This document shows, one piece after another, positions 25,801 to 34,113 of a DNA stretch of 64,000 nt. The notes under the pieces were generated by a model that was given only the letters and a program-made list of their open reading frames with translations, searched no databases and had not been told where the DNA came from. The stretch is taken from IMG/VR virus record IMGVR_UViG_3300043449_000947, positions 6,921-70,920 of that record, one strand, 5' to 3'. Each line of letters opens with the position of its first letter. Within the stretch, counting starts at the first letter, position 1. The translations under genes were made by a program, and so were the position numbers. The DNA comes from a virus.

Positions 25801-27246
25801 GAGGTCTTTCAGAGCTGGGTGAACTGCCTTCAGCCCGTTAAGGATGGGCTCAGGTTTGAAACCCTCCATAGAGGCTTTCTGATCCGTATCATCCTTGAAG
25901 AGTCCCTTAACGGCGTCGCTCGTCCACTTAAAGATTCTGGGAGCTTCATTGGCTATACGGTTCTTGGCTACGCCAGCGGCCATACCGGCGTTTTCCATGA
26001 ACTCCTGACCAGTAGCCGACTTGAGCAGCAGCTTGTATGTAGCCCAATCCGTCGCAGTCTTAGCGCCAAGAGAGGCCGCGTCCTGCGTAAATTTCTCTCT
26101 GATTTCTGGGTCTTTAATGTGCTGAGCAACGAACGCGTTTACGTCCTCTGCAGTTTTGCCCAAGAACTTCTCGGCATTATCCAGACCTTCTCCACGAAGA
26201 TAACCCAGACCTTCACCCGCCTTGGATATGGCTCCAAGGGTCATGTTCTTTAGGTCTTCTCCCAGCTCTCCTGAATTCTGTAGTCTGCTGAACAGAGCGT
26301 CGAAAGAACGAGCGGTTTTATTTACCGGAGGTGCTACTGCTGCGAAGGTATTGTCTCTAGCGGCTTGTGCAGCACCGCCCATAGTGCCCATAGGAGCGCC
26401 ACCAATGGCACCACCAATCATCGCTTCCTTGGTTTGACCGAAGTCATACTGGCTCTGTGGATTTAGGGCTTTGAGCGCAGTCTGACCCGTCAGGTCCTGC
26501 AGACCTTCTTCCATACCTTCGCCAGCAGCCGAGCGAAGTGTAGCTAGACCCACGGTCTTGAAAGCGTTGCCCAGACCAGCGCCAGAGGTAATACCTTTAC
26601 CTAGCAGAGAGGGTAGAACGAGCGCCCGCTCGTTTATATTCTCTATGTATGCGTTACCAGCACCCACAGCTCCAGCCATAGCCGCTCGTTTCCAAGCAGG
26701 CTGCTGCATAGCAACAGGATCATTCAGCGTATCAAGAACCTGACCACCGGCTTCCATAGGAATAAGCGGAGCCGTACCGCCAACCAGTGCTCCTCTAGCA
26801 CCACCTAGAGCGCCGCCTAGAGCTGTACCAGCTAAGGCCATACCGGAAGTCATCGCACCTTCGCCTACTTTACCCGCAGCGTAATTGGCAAAATCTGCAA
26901 CGGAGTGCACGTCATCAGATTCAGCTACCTGCGGGGCCCATGCCTGAGGCATGTCTCGAATACTCTGAGCAGCAGCTCGTTGTGTACGAAGACCTTCCTC
27001 AGGATTGGATAGCTCTTGCAGCTGACCATAAGCTGCTTTGGTAGCCTCACCAGCACTGTATGCAGCGCGACGAAGCCCCTTAACGAACTCACCACCACTG
27101 AACTGATAATCACGGTCTGCTTGTGTCAGCTCTTCAGCTGAAACAGCTTCGCCAGCTCCAGTTCTGTTTATGATCCCTAATCTGTTTCTAAAGGCTTGCT
27201 CAAGAGGAGAAAGAGGGAGCGGTGCGCGAGGGTCGTTTATATCCAT
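19831..27246 (-). CDS. giant internal virion/ejection protein (2471 aa) with zincin-like motifs
   Basis: Last gene of the virion arm. Gly/Ala-rich N-terminus, HEFGH and HEPVH motifs, and a helical C-terminal region typical of podophage ejection proteins. Confidence 0.7.
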   Translation of the reverse strand: MDINDPRAPLPLSPLEQAFRNRLGIINRTGAGEAVSAEELTQADRDYQFSGGEFVKGLRRAAYSAGEATKAAYGQLQELSNPEEGLRTQRAAAQSIRDMPQAWAPQVAESDDVHSVADFANYAAGKVGEGAMTSGMALAGTALGGALGGARGALVGGTAPLIPMEAGGQVLDTLNDPVAMQQPAWKRAAMAGAVGAGNAYIENINERALVLPSLLGKGITSGAGLGNAFKTVGLATLRSAAGEGMEEGLQDLTGQTALKALNPQSQYDFGQTKEAMIGGAIGGAPMGTMGGAAQAARDNTFAAVAPPVNKTARSFDALFSRLQNSGELGEDLKNMTLGAISKAGEGLGYLRGEGLDNAEKFLGKTAEDVNAFVAQHIKDPEIREKFTQDAASLGAKTATDWATYKLLLKSATGQEFMENAGMAAGVAKNRIANEAPRIFKWTSDAVKGLFKDDTDQKASMEGFKPEPILNGLKAVHPALKDLIEQKGSTIIDKRDLAQLFSMAASDPAQYTPEALERNPASANIAKAWEDSTGTDLFSVINAYNNRENNVATHKITKSNIEALAVDQKLGTEAVPVLQELAGTRLEDMSDDQAGLLEMLASKTDLSPEELYAHLSVTSDDALKQAEQAKAGKLHARDYSAAADESSVDTDGFDNSGGFFKPTESDELLDESGQTNGLYDQDGNKVDLEETALSPFNSKTITESLADPQYNNSKNTQFPVRVSGEGVEEFAKELGKELNEDGSLSLDINPMSLTNMAATEDNRGAFHSYLSEYNEKQSPDQNAFNRYGSLVATLADLGIDHNGNRLKVEVPEDAFLGGKVINNKGGDPFTIRKATESRKGGWPTSAKLAQMSKTADKFETLSALNAEIKNVQKAVNSSRAGTKKYAKLVGQLNHLNSLKKGIKDEKAFAEAKKNYPKKIRDTRVREEDSILNSAFRSGAISEQGLQLIGHAYNIQDANLESSEILAREKARIEAGKYTDEEREELATRKKNARKKSPEQIEAAFKKAKLKDAKKEYDTKAIDSKEAATGRQILKDLGIPMIEGRRNFDLDGLLSEKDVAELGSGSDSVDTAAGQDPTADERAAGEMEEYRKTPMHKETAARARANRKNTKGEKIYPIQLERVDELRKQISEAKTLKDLSGIKLSNESKLIPEERKELLKALTDKKKELGGTQKQKQEQKPFFNPFQLDELDDEGLLFEIAEAIKNGDTARLEALRAAQARRQPKAPAQEEKQEQNSEAEVVPAKKAREELAKAKTVQEVQAVIENIKKTTQLRKGTMQQLLSMADKKIAKMELTDRRYLAKAKEIVKEWIAKYAPNMDLTISINREIQGYGQQRFDVDTNKNYIELNPTRLRGLRTATTLAHEFGHALMYHIYLSADQSVKDAIYAQYEADLAAFNSGSQTLFELGEKFSNPAAMQDIMNSSKMDEVGSGKKFAEANDARNKPGYTLSFSEWFANQFAKHAVQEKVAGKVSVKEAGFWNKVTAKMRQFFDDVIAVMQPSTTFKQWVDSLAAANDQNEQAPPGGGEPTNLFGEQGEGEEEGEEAPPGGGEPTDLFGNEPPKPPKSPKKGSKKGPWEYSKAQKAFIARVEKLLGHRVAVQFEQVLENQAKGEYVNIKEAIENVTNERRNLVKELKQKPEDRESKLTDAQLKAGIDRLLNEEERLTKDQALLGVIKLAAGAEKNIALADHEPVHAAFQFFFSTDERRILATAFTQGPVAKKLRDYFKNDKAVLKQLENGEEAAAYGFQLWVADPSILKVGPKTEGLFQKIKDWIYSILSIMDNNMKAEMIMQDFASGERAKRGATPLQRVLDRNMTSGEKALKVGKDALLALEKLYDVIFTSVYNRLNNSTIPPLARIAQLGYQATGMDGNESGMVQRMRNETQAFQNRISKILGDLTEEQQLAVHDALIAGRIPTNDPLVANRAKALRTFYSQVLAYQKDAGVILGEIKNYYPLAFDPEKVAADKEGFLKMLNQPKYKQYMDTLMKTPDELYNSIVSYLERGEDLVNVMGDENEPMAAHTRTRTLGFLDAADRRKFMEDDPVHTATRYIKQAVRQAEFVRTFGNGGKKFNALIKEAQDRYGATPDDLALAKNYLDGLMGNKEIGMSREMKDLMGVMTTYQNIRLLPLAIFSSLVDPLGIAIRTNSVTAGWDAFTYSLKNMFKEWHGEYTRDQWEQIAQDWGIIADSGTVINAYNRYDGITMSGKLKDINDKFFKVNLLSGWIRNNTIMAVRAANTFLQRSSEDFFGKEQSARYLEELGLEKPDIMFDENLDRLALTADEIKALNPKMTMKQAKATEAKLRNAMEKIVHQSLLNPSSAELPAWASNPYLALISHLKQFVWSFQAVIIDRLTHEMSHGNFKPVLIASLYVPGMIAADFAKDMIANSGEEPPYKKDWGAVDYMKRGVERSGLTGVGQFFIDSQQDVDWGGGGYESFAGPTLGQMRKGLKAVGSDDPESMHKWIVEALPAYKLYDQWL
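22591..22698 (-). repeat. intragenic tandem duplication (APPGGGEPTxLFG twice)
   Basis: 72-nt period repeat in the linker of the giant protein. Confidence 0.85.
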
Positions 27247-28874
27247 CAGTTAACCTTTGGTGGAGTTCTGAGGTTACCGTTTTCGTCGTAGAACTGTCTG
27301 ATGACGTCTTCATCCATCATATCGTCATCACCCTTGAACATATCTCTCCCCAGACCTATCAAGTTCCCCTTACCATCACGAATAGCTTGAGACCCTCTAG
27401 TTTTATTCCACGGCAATATGTCACCTAAACCCACATCATCCCTAGTTACAGCATCCATGACGCCCGGGCCTTTGCCTATGTAGTAGTTTCTAGCGTCGCG
27501 CAGACTGGAGGCACCTATGCCCTCACTACCAGATAGGTTTGAAGAAACCCGGTTTCTGTTTCTGTTGAGCTTGATAATAGGAGCTAGCATCGTCAGAGCT
27601 TCGCGTGTCTGTTCTGGTGACAGTTTGTCTAGGTCCAGACCTTTATCTTTAAGAAGAGGCTGAACCAGATTGTAAGCACGCTGAACAGAAGCTGGGTCTT
27701 TCTTACCATCTATAGCAAAAGCAGAAGCCAGAAGATCTTCCTTGGTAGCTCTAAGATCGTTCTTCTGCTCAAGCTGCTCTTTAGCTACATCGCGATCTCT
27801 ATCATCAAGCTTCAGCGCCATATCCAGCTCGTCTTTAGCTGGATTAGAACTCTTTCCGCCAGCCTTGCCGCGAAGACCACCCAATCCAGCTCGAGTAAGA
27901 CGTGTGTCGCCCAAAGCTTCATCACTTTCGTTATTCAGCTGAGTCTGATGCAGACTCATCTGCTTATCGTACACACTCAGATTGAACGCATCCGTTTCTT
28001 TATCGCCAGTAGGAGTAGGTGTTTTTGGAGTATCCAGATACTCGCGATTACGCCGCTGAAACGCTTCTTCTCTAGCAGCGCGCTGTTCTCTGGCATCAAT
28101 CAACGATTGAGGAGTCTTATACGCAGGTACCGTCATAAAGTTGTTGCTGACATAAGACTGCCCATCTTTAGGCTGAATGCCTCGCATACCTGCTTCAACT
28201 CGAGCCATACCTTCTTTATCGCTCGACTCGACATAACCGCCCATCGTATTCAGGCGATTACCCACACGATTGACGTTGGGAGAGAAACCAGACGATCTGT
28301 CCGGCCCCATTACGTCACCTTCACGTGCTGGCGTGTTTTGAGCAGCAGCATTCGCTTCAGTGGCTTTTTTGTTTAGATTTTTCCATTCATTAAAATCAGC
28401 GCCAGAGGCATAAGATTCCCGCACATCCTTAGGCATATTTACGAAGCGGTTAGCTTCATCGGGTTCCATCGGTCCTTGCCGCCTTAGAGCGACAGCGCCT
28501 CTGCCAACGATATCTCCGATTTCTCCTCCAGCGAACATACCTACAAGAGAACTTCCCGGCACCTTAGCTAGCCCTCCTAGCTTAGCGCCTCCACCTACAC
28601 CCATCACTTTATATGTAGAACGAAGCCCTTGATCTGCCGTATCTACGGGCAGTGCAGAAGGGTCTTGGGATACGTCATAGATATCTTTCCCTTCCATACC
28701 AGCAGCGACGACGGTACCTGCTGGCCCGCTCACTTTCTTTAAATTACTACCGACTCTACCCACGACACCTTTAGCGCCTTCTACAGCATCCGCAGTAGCG
28801 GTAGCACCACCACCTCTGAATTTATTACGAAAAGCGCTCGCTTTTTCGCGAAGAGAATCAAAATTAAAGTCCAT
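27246..28874 (-). CDS. putative internal virion protein
   Basis: 542 aa, Gly-rich N-terminus, coupled to the giant protein gene. Confidence 0.6.
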   Translation of the reverse strand: MDFNFDSLREKASAFRNKFRGGGATATADAVEGAKGVVGRVGSNLKKVSGPAGTVVAAGMEGKDIYDVSQDPSALPVDTADQGLRSTYKVMGVGGGAKLGGLAKVPGSSLVGMFAGGEIGDIVGRGAVALRRQGPMEPDEANRFVNMPKDVRESYASGADFNEWKNLNKKATEANAAAQNTPAREGDVMGPDRSSGFSPNVNRVGNRLNTMGGYVESSDKEGMARVEAGMRGIQPKDGQSYVSNNFMTVPAYKTPQSLIDAREQRAAREEAFQRRNREYLDTPKTPTPTGDKETDAFNLSVYDKQMSLHQTQLNNESDEALGDTRLTRAGLGGLRGKAGGKSSNPAKDELDMALKLDDRDRDVAKEQLEQKNDLRATKEDLLASAFAIDGKKDPASVQRAYNLVQPLLKDKGLDLDKLSPEQTREALTMLAPIIKLNRNRNRVSSNLSGSEGIGASSLRDARNYYIGKGPGVMDAVTRDDVGLGDILPWNKTRGSQAIRDGKGNLIGLGRDMFKGDDDMMDEDVIRQFYDENGNLRTPPKVN

Positions 28875-28890
28875 AGCAACCTCTTAATCG

Positions 28891-30918
28891 TTAAGCCGAT
28901 ACGTATTCAGTTTCAGATGTCGATCCGCCCCATTCAATACTGTGCGTCAAGCCAGTACCGAAGGTAGAGTTAACCGTACCACCACCCTGTGCTGAAGCCG
29001 ATACGTGCAACGCGCTCATAGCTCCTTGCGCTAGTCCTGCTAGAGCGGATGCTTTAGCTGCCAACGCTCCCGCGCTAACCTTCGCAGCCTCTGCTTTGGC
29101 TTGGTTAGTTAGCGATAAAGAGCGAGCTGCGTTTTCAGAAGACGACATACTATAACTCATAGTAGCGGCATTATGATCAGCTAACGCTCTGTTATATGTA
29201 GAGAAAGAACGTACCTGTTTGTCAAAAGCACTGGCTCTGGAAGAGAGTACATCAGCTTCGGCAGACACTCTAGCTGAATGGGCTCTGAGGTATCCTTCGT
29301 TCACATTGGCTGCGTCTTTGAATGTCTGCAGATTAGCCATGAGAATCTCTGCCTGCTCTGCCGAGAAAGTTCTGTAGACGGTGTTTCTCTTGGCGGCTTC
29401 CTGCACATAGGCAGCATAAGCCTGAGCATTGGTTTCACTAACTCCTACGCCAGAACTAGCCGCTTGTATCTGAGCAGCGTAGGCATCAATCTCAGACGTA
29501 GCCGCTTCAACTGCAGCAGCATAACCCGACACAGCATCACGATAAGCTTCAACGTTAGCCACGATGATATCGGCGTTGGCCTTTATACCAGTAACCTTGT
29601 CCTTGAACGCTTCAATAGGCGCGAGACTGGCTTTGACCTCTGAACTGAAAACATCAGACTGAGCTTTAACCAGTTTGGCTTGTGCTCCATATACCGATAC
29701 CTTCGCTTCGTTCGTTGTCGCGACGGCAGCAGCCCCTTCTACCGCTACGCTATAAGCACTGATGGATTCAAGCTTACCCTGCACATAAGTGTTATAGGCG
29801 TCGATATCTGCGTTTATGGCAGAGCTCTTGGCGTTGTACAGATCGAGCATAGCGTTGTACAAACCCATCTGCGCCTGTACTCGAATCTTCTCTTCAACCA
29901 GCAGCTGCTGCAGATAGAATACGTGCAGTTCGACGAAACACTGTTCGAGCCCCATATAGAACTCGACATCTCCAGCGAAGTCATCGGCAACCAGCTTGGC
30001 GACGGTCTTGTTTACTTCAGAAGAGACTTCTCGAAGCTTTCTACCTACTTCTTCCTCCAGCGTATTGTTCTGACCTACAGCCATACCGGGAGCGATGGAG
30101 AAGTTACGAGATGCCCACAGCGAGAAGATGTTACTCATCTCACCCATCATCTTGCGGTCAAGCTCGACACCAGCAATATCCATCAAACGGCTGCGGTAGA
30201 GAGCTAGTTTCTCTCTGTAATTCTCGAAGATCGTATCCTCGTAGTACGAGGTGATCTCTAAATAACTAGCCTCCGTATTGGCTTTAGCGACACGAAATCT
30301 ACTTTCTGCTGCAGCAATAAGAGCTTCAGCTTTAGCCAGAAAAGAATTCAGTGCACTCTCGTCGGGATTGGGTACGTCTTTACCGAACGGAACAATCACC
30401 GGCAGTACCAGTGGAGGCGGGGCTATGGGTAGGTATGTAGGCTCTATAGGCAGCGCCAGTACAGGCCCGCTTCCTATAGTTAGCGGAGGTGGCTCAGGAA
30501 TCTCCAGCGTAGCTGCCGTAGGGTAGTTAGTAGGAGGTGCTTCCAGAGACGGTGACGGTCTGCCGGGAACAGATACAGGCGAGCCATAAACAGGATTCGG
30601 TATAGCTCTAGACGTAGCAAGCGCTATATTTCCCGTAGGAGTAAACGTCACTGCCGTCGGGTTTACAGAGATCGGTGTATCAGGAGCAGCGCCTGAATCA
30701 GGAGATATAGGCGCAACAAAAGTTGTTTCTGACGGGAAGACAATACCTATCTCTATAGGAGCTAACTGACCGATACCCGTAATAGTAGTGTTCGCAGCTG
30801 TAGTAGCTGCTGTCCCCCACCCCTTAATGGCCCCCATATGCTCGGTGATGATCTTATCGACATCGTCGATATGAGTTGTAGCTAAGGGGTCACCCGTTCC
30901 GTTAGATCCGGTTGGCAT
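28891..30918 (-). CDS. virion structural protein (Pro-rich N-terminus, Ala-rich coiled coil)
   Basis: 675 aa. Paralog of 30926-32956. Confidence 0.65.
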   Translation of the reverse strand: MPTGSNGTGDPLATTHIDDVDKIITEHMGAIKGWGTAATTAANTTITGIGQLAPIEIGIVFPSETTFVAPISPDSGAAPDTPISVNPTAVTFTPTGNIALATSRAIPNPVYGSPVSVPGRPSPSLEAPPTNYPTAATLEIPEPPPLTIGSGPVLALPIEPTYLPIAPPPLVLPVIVPFGKDVPNPDESALNSFLAKAEALIAAAESRFRVAKANTEASYLEITSYYEDTIFENYREKLALYRSRLMDIAGVELDRKMMGEMSNIFSLWASRNFSIAPGMAVGQNNTLEEEVGRKLREVSSEVNKTVAKLVADDFAGDVEFYMGLEQCFVELHVFYLQQLLVEEKIRVQAQMGLYNAMLDLYNAKSSAINADIDAYNTYVQGKLESISAYSVAVEGAAAVATTNEAKVSVYGAQAKLVKAQSDVFSSEVKASLAPIEAFKDKVTGIKANADIIVANVEAYRDAVSGYAAAVEAATSEIDAYAAQIQAASSGVGVSETNAQAYAAYVQEAAKRNTVYRTFSAEQAEILMANLQTFKDAANVNEGYLRAHSARVSAEADVLSSRASAFDKQVRSFSTYNRALADHNAATMSYSMSSSENAARSLSLTNQAKAEAAKVSAGALAAKASALAGLAQGAMSALHVSASAQGGGTVNSTFGTGLTHSIEWGGSTSETEYVSA

Positions 30919-30925
30919 AAATCAC

Positions 30926-32956
30926 CTACGTCGCAGAGGGTTTGTGAGATTTGGAGTAATTCAGATGATCTGAAATAGCTAGCGTAACGCCTGCGTGCTC
31001 TGTTTCACCCGCCGTGATATGTCCAGAACCCTGCATGTTAGCGTTCACATGTACTGCAGAATAAGCACCCACCGCTACCGACGCAGCAGATTGTCCAGCA
31101 GCATTCTGCGCTATCTTCGATGATTCAACAGCAGCCGACATTGCACGAAACGCTTGCTCCGACGCTCTGAACGAGGAGTCAGACGCCAGCGCGAAGTATC
31201 TGGCCGCAGCTTGATTTTCCGCAGCAATGGCCTCGTTCTGTGCATCCTTTACCTGAATATTGGATGACCAAACGACACTGCTCTGTCTACCAATATTCGC
31301 TTGTATCTGCGCATTGATAGCTTCGATAGAGTTTCTAAGAGCCTGATTCTCATATTCAGCTCCTCGCTGGCGTGCCTGCAGTTTCAGTTGTTCAGATTCT
31401 ACCTGCATTTTTATGGCAGCAGAGTCTGCTTCAGAACCAGCAGCCTGCATGTCTGCCATAGAGATTTTAGTTTTGGCTTCTTCTACCTGATTCAGAGAAG
31501 AGACAGCTCTTACCGAAGCAGTGAAGGCCTGAAACTCAGCCTTGTATCCAGCTAACGAAGCACTGTATCCAGCGACAACTCCTTTGTACTGACGAAGAGC
31601 CGCCTGAGCTACATCAGCCTGTGCAGCAAAAGCCTGCATACGAGCTGAGTAGGCAGAGACTTTAGCCATCAACGCCTGCACCTTAGCTTCATATACATCA
31701 GCTTTGGTACCTTCAGCCTGTACAGCAATCTCGTAATTACGCCCAAGCTGCTGATTGACTTTAGCCTTGCTCATCTCAGCGCTGACTCTAGCCTTCCATG
31801 CTTCAAGATTGGCCAGCTCGGCTTTAATACCTACTTTATACAGCTCCGCTTCCAGCTTGAACTGAACCAGCAGACCGTTATAGAGAGCCGCAGAGGATTT
31901 AAGTAGTTCACCAAACGCTCCTGCATAGAACTCGTCTTTCTCCAGCTCAGTCTTCAGATAAGTCATCGTGTTCACTTTGAACAGAACGTCTTTAAACTGA
32001 CTGAGGTTCTGCTTCGCTTCAGTCCACGCAGCGTCACGAGCTATAACGAAGCGGTCAACATCCTGCTGCAGGCGCTCTCTGTTATTGAGCAGCGAGCTTC
32101 TGTCTCTTACATAAGTTGTCTGAGCTTCCAGAACATCATCACTTAACGTCTGTCCGCGAGAGGACCATATATTTTCGGACATCCACAGTTCACGCTCAAC
32201 GAGTCGCGGATAGAACAGAACCAGACACTCGTTGATAGCCTCTCTGAACGTTCTGGCTGCAGCTTTTTGATCGAATTTAATAGCATATGCGCTAGCTTCC
32301 GGCCCTCGATCGAAGTCAATAGGAGCAGGCAAGCTAGGCATAGACCCGAGGATGTACTGCGCTATCTCTACGACGGGCATGTCAGGTAGAGAGATATCTT
32401 CAAGCGTAGGAGCTACCAGCTGAAAATCCGGAGGAGATTCAGGAGATACGTAGTCAGGACTCGACGGAACAGTAATCGTTTCAGTTGGCGGAGCTCCGGG
32501 CTTACCACCTACGTTCATCGATGGAGACGAGAACGACTGAATAGGCCGCAGCGTAGGCACCTGACCTGATATAGCGTCAGGCATAGCTGACGTTATATTG
32601 AAGGAAAACGATCCCGTATCAGGAGCTGACGGAAGATTTCCGCTAGTATTTCCGGAAAAACTTCCGGGCAAAGTTGGACTCGTTGCTGTATAGGTGGGGA
32701 TCGTATACGCGAACGTAATATCACCGGGCTTGAACGCACTTAAAGCTTCAATAGCTCCCGTAGCGTTACCAAGCGCAGTTCCAGCATCTACTTTTAGGTC
32801 ACCTAAATGTGTCCTGACCTTAGAGATGGTACCGTTAGCAGCCGAAGTAGCTTTATCTATACCTGCAGAAAGGTTGGACGATATCGACCGCGTCGCAAAC
32901 GACGTCGAGATTGTGGGAGGGCTCTCCGGATTAAAGGCGTCAGTAACACTGGTCAT
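30926..32956 (-). CDS. virion structural protein (Pro-rich N-terminus, Ala-rich coiled coil)
   Basis: 676 aa. Paralog of 28891-30918. Confidence 0.65.
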   Translation of the reverse strand: MTSVTDAFNPESPPTISTSFATRSISSNLSAGIDKATSAANGTISKVRTHLGDLKVDAGTALGNATGAIEALSAFKPGDITFAYTIPTYTATSPTLPGSFSGNTSGNLPSAPDTGSFSFNITSAMPDAISGQVPTLRPIQSFSSPSMNVGGKPGAPPTETITVPSSPDYVSPESPPDFQLVAPTLEDISLPDMPVVEIAQYILGSMPSLPAPIDFDRGPEASAYAIKFDQKAAARTFREAINECLVLFYPRLVERELWMSENIWSSRGQTLSDDVLEAQTTYVRDRSSLLNNRERLQQDVDRFVIARDAAWTEAKQNLSQFKDVLFKVNTMTYLKTELEKDEFYAGAFGELLKSSAALYNGLLVQFKLEAELYKVGIKAELANLEAWKARVSAEMSKAKVNQQLGRNYEIAVQAEGTKADVYEAKVQALMAKVSAYSARMQAFAAQADVAQAALRQYKGVVAGYSASLAGYKAEFQAFTASVRAVSSLNQVEEAKTKISMADMQAAGSEADSAAIKMQVESEQLKLQARQRGAEYENQALRNSIEAINAQIQANIGRQSSVVWSSNIQVKDAQNEAIAAENQAAARYFALASDSSFRASEQAFRAMSAAVESSKIAQNAAGQSAASVAVGAYSAVHVNANMQGSGHITAGETEHAGVTLAISDHLNYSKSHKPSAT

Positions 32957-32958
32957 CT

Positions 32959-34113
32959 CTATACTCTCCGCTGAGAAACTGCGATGTCGATATCAGCTGC
33001 CAGCAGCTTGTACTTAACATCCGTAGCACCGATTTTGAACTGAACATACCGCCCTCGAAGACCTTTGCCTATCAGCGTACGGTTGTTTCTGTAATCAGAC
33101 TGATCTCTCAACTCGAGATCATAGTCGTATGATTCTTTCTGCCCATTAAGATCAGCGGTGACTGTAACATTCAGGGGTGCGTCGGAATAGCCTGCTGCAT
33201 ACAGAGCAGACACGCGTTTCATCTGAGCAGCACCCATATCTTTCACACCCATCAATATGTGAGAGTCGATAGGAGTACCAGCATCGTTGATAGCGTCTAG
33301 TTTCCAGAGGTTGTTTCCTGAACCGTACTTACCCGCTATGGTAGTAAAGGCGTAGTTCGAGAACGTACTCATACCCCACGTCACAATCGAGCAGGTGTAC
33401 GCTCGTCCATACGAGGGAGGTGTAGCGCTACCGTATATGTACGCTCTGTCCAGCAGCACACCACCAGACTGAAGTGTCATCGAGAGACTGTCAGATACTC
33501 TGGCTTTCTCTCTCAATATGTTGCGGTAGCTTACGTCTGGGTGGACCAGCGTAGACAGCAGAGCTACTTCACGGTTATTTATTCGTACGTGCAGGCGGGT
33601 TGTAGCTGTACCCAGTACCGTCGCCGTTTCAGATACGTTGGTATAAGCCGCAGCTCTAACACGGCTGTATAGCTTGGCTGTCTCTTTAAGTGAGCGACGA
33701 ATTTTGAACGATGGGAGGATGATGTCGTTGAGCTTGGCTGTATCTCTTAGAGCGACATCTGTATTCGAAACGACGGTATCAGCCACCAGAGCGATTTCTG
33801 ACAGGATGTTTTCAGAACGAACTCCTGCACGGACTCTGGTCTTTAATAGAGCTACCTCTCGTAAAGAGCGCACACGAATGAGGTGTGGGTAGGCAGTAGA
33901 AGAGATCAGCGCCTCATCTATCAACAGCGAGCTAACGTCTTCGTAGTACGCGTCGTTTAATTGAGCTACTTCAGCCAGCCAAGCAACTGGAACAGGAGTG
34001 GTTGCTTCGATGATTACAGCTGTTTCACGCAGCGGAGCGATGACCCACACACTATGCGGTTCAAGCTCTACTAAAAGAGCTGTTTCGCGAACAGTTTCGG
34101 TGACGGTACTCAT
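32959..34113 (-). CDS. virion structural/tail protein
   Basis: Repeated L.E.A.L motifs and C-terminal RTLIGKGLRGRYVQF, typical of tail proteins. Confidence 0.6.
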   Translation of the reverse strand: MSTVTETVRETALLVELEPHSVWVIAPLRETAVIIEATTPVPVAWLAEVAQLNDAYYEDVSSLLIDEALISSTAYPHLIRVRSLREVALLKTRVRAGVRSENILSEIALVADTVVSNTDVALRDTAKLNDIILPSFKIRRSLKETAKLYSRVRAAAYTNVSETATVLGTATTRLHVRINNREVALLSTLVHPDVSYRNILREKARVSDSLSMTLQSGGVLLDRAYIYGSATPPSYGRAYTCSIVTWGMSTFSNYAFTTIAGKYGSGNNLWKLDAINDAGTPIDSHILMGVKDMGAAQMKRVSALYAAGYSDAPLNVTVTADLNGQKESYDYDLELRDQSDYRNNRTLIGKGLRGRYVQFKIGATDVKYKLLAADIDIAVSQRRV

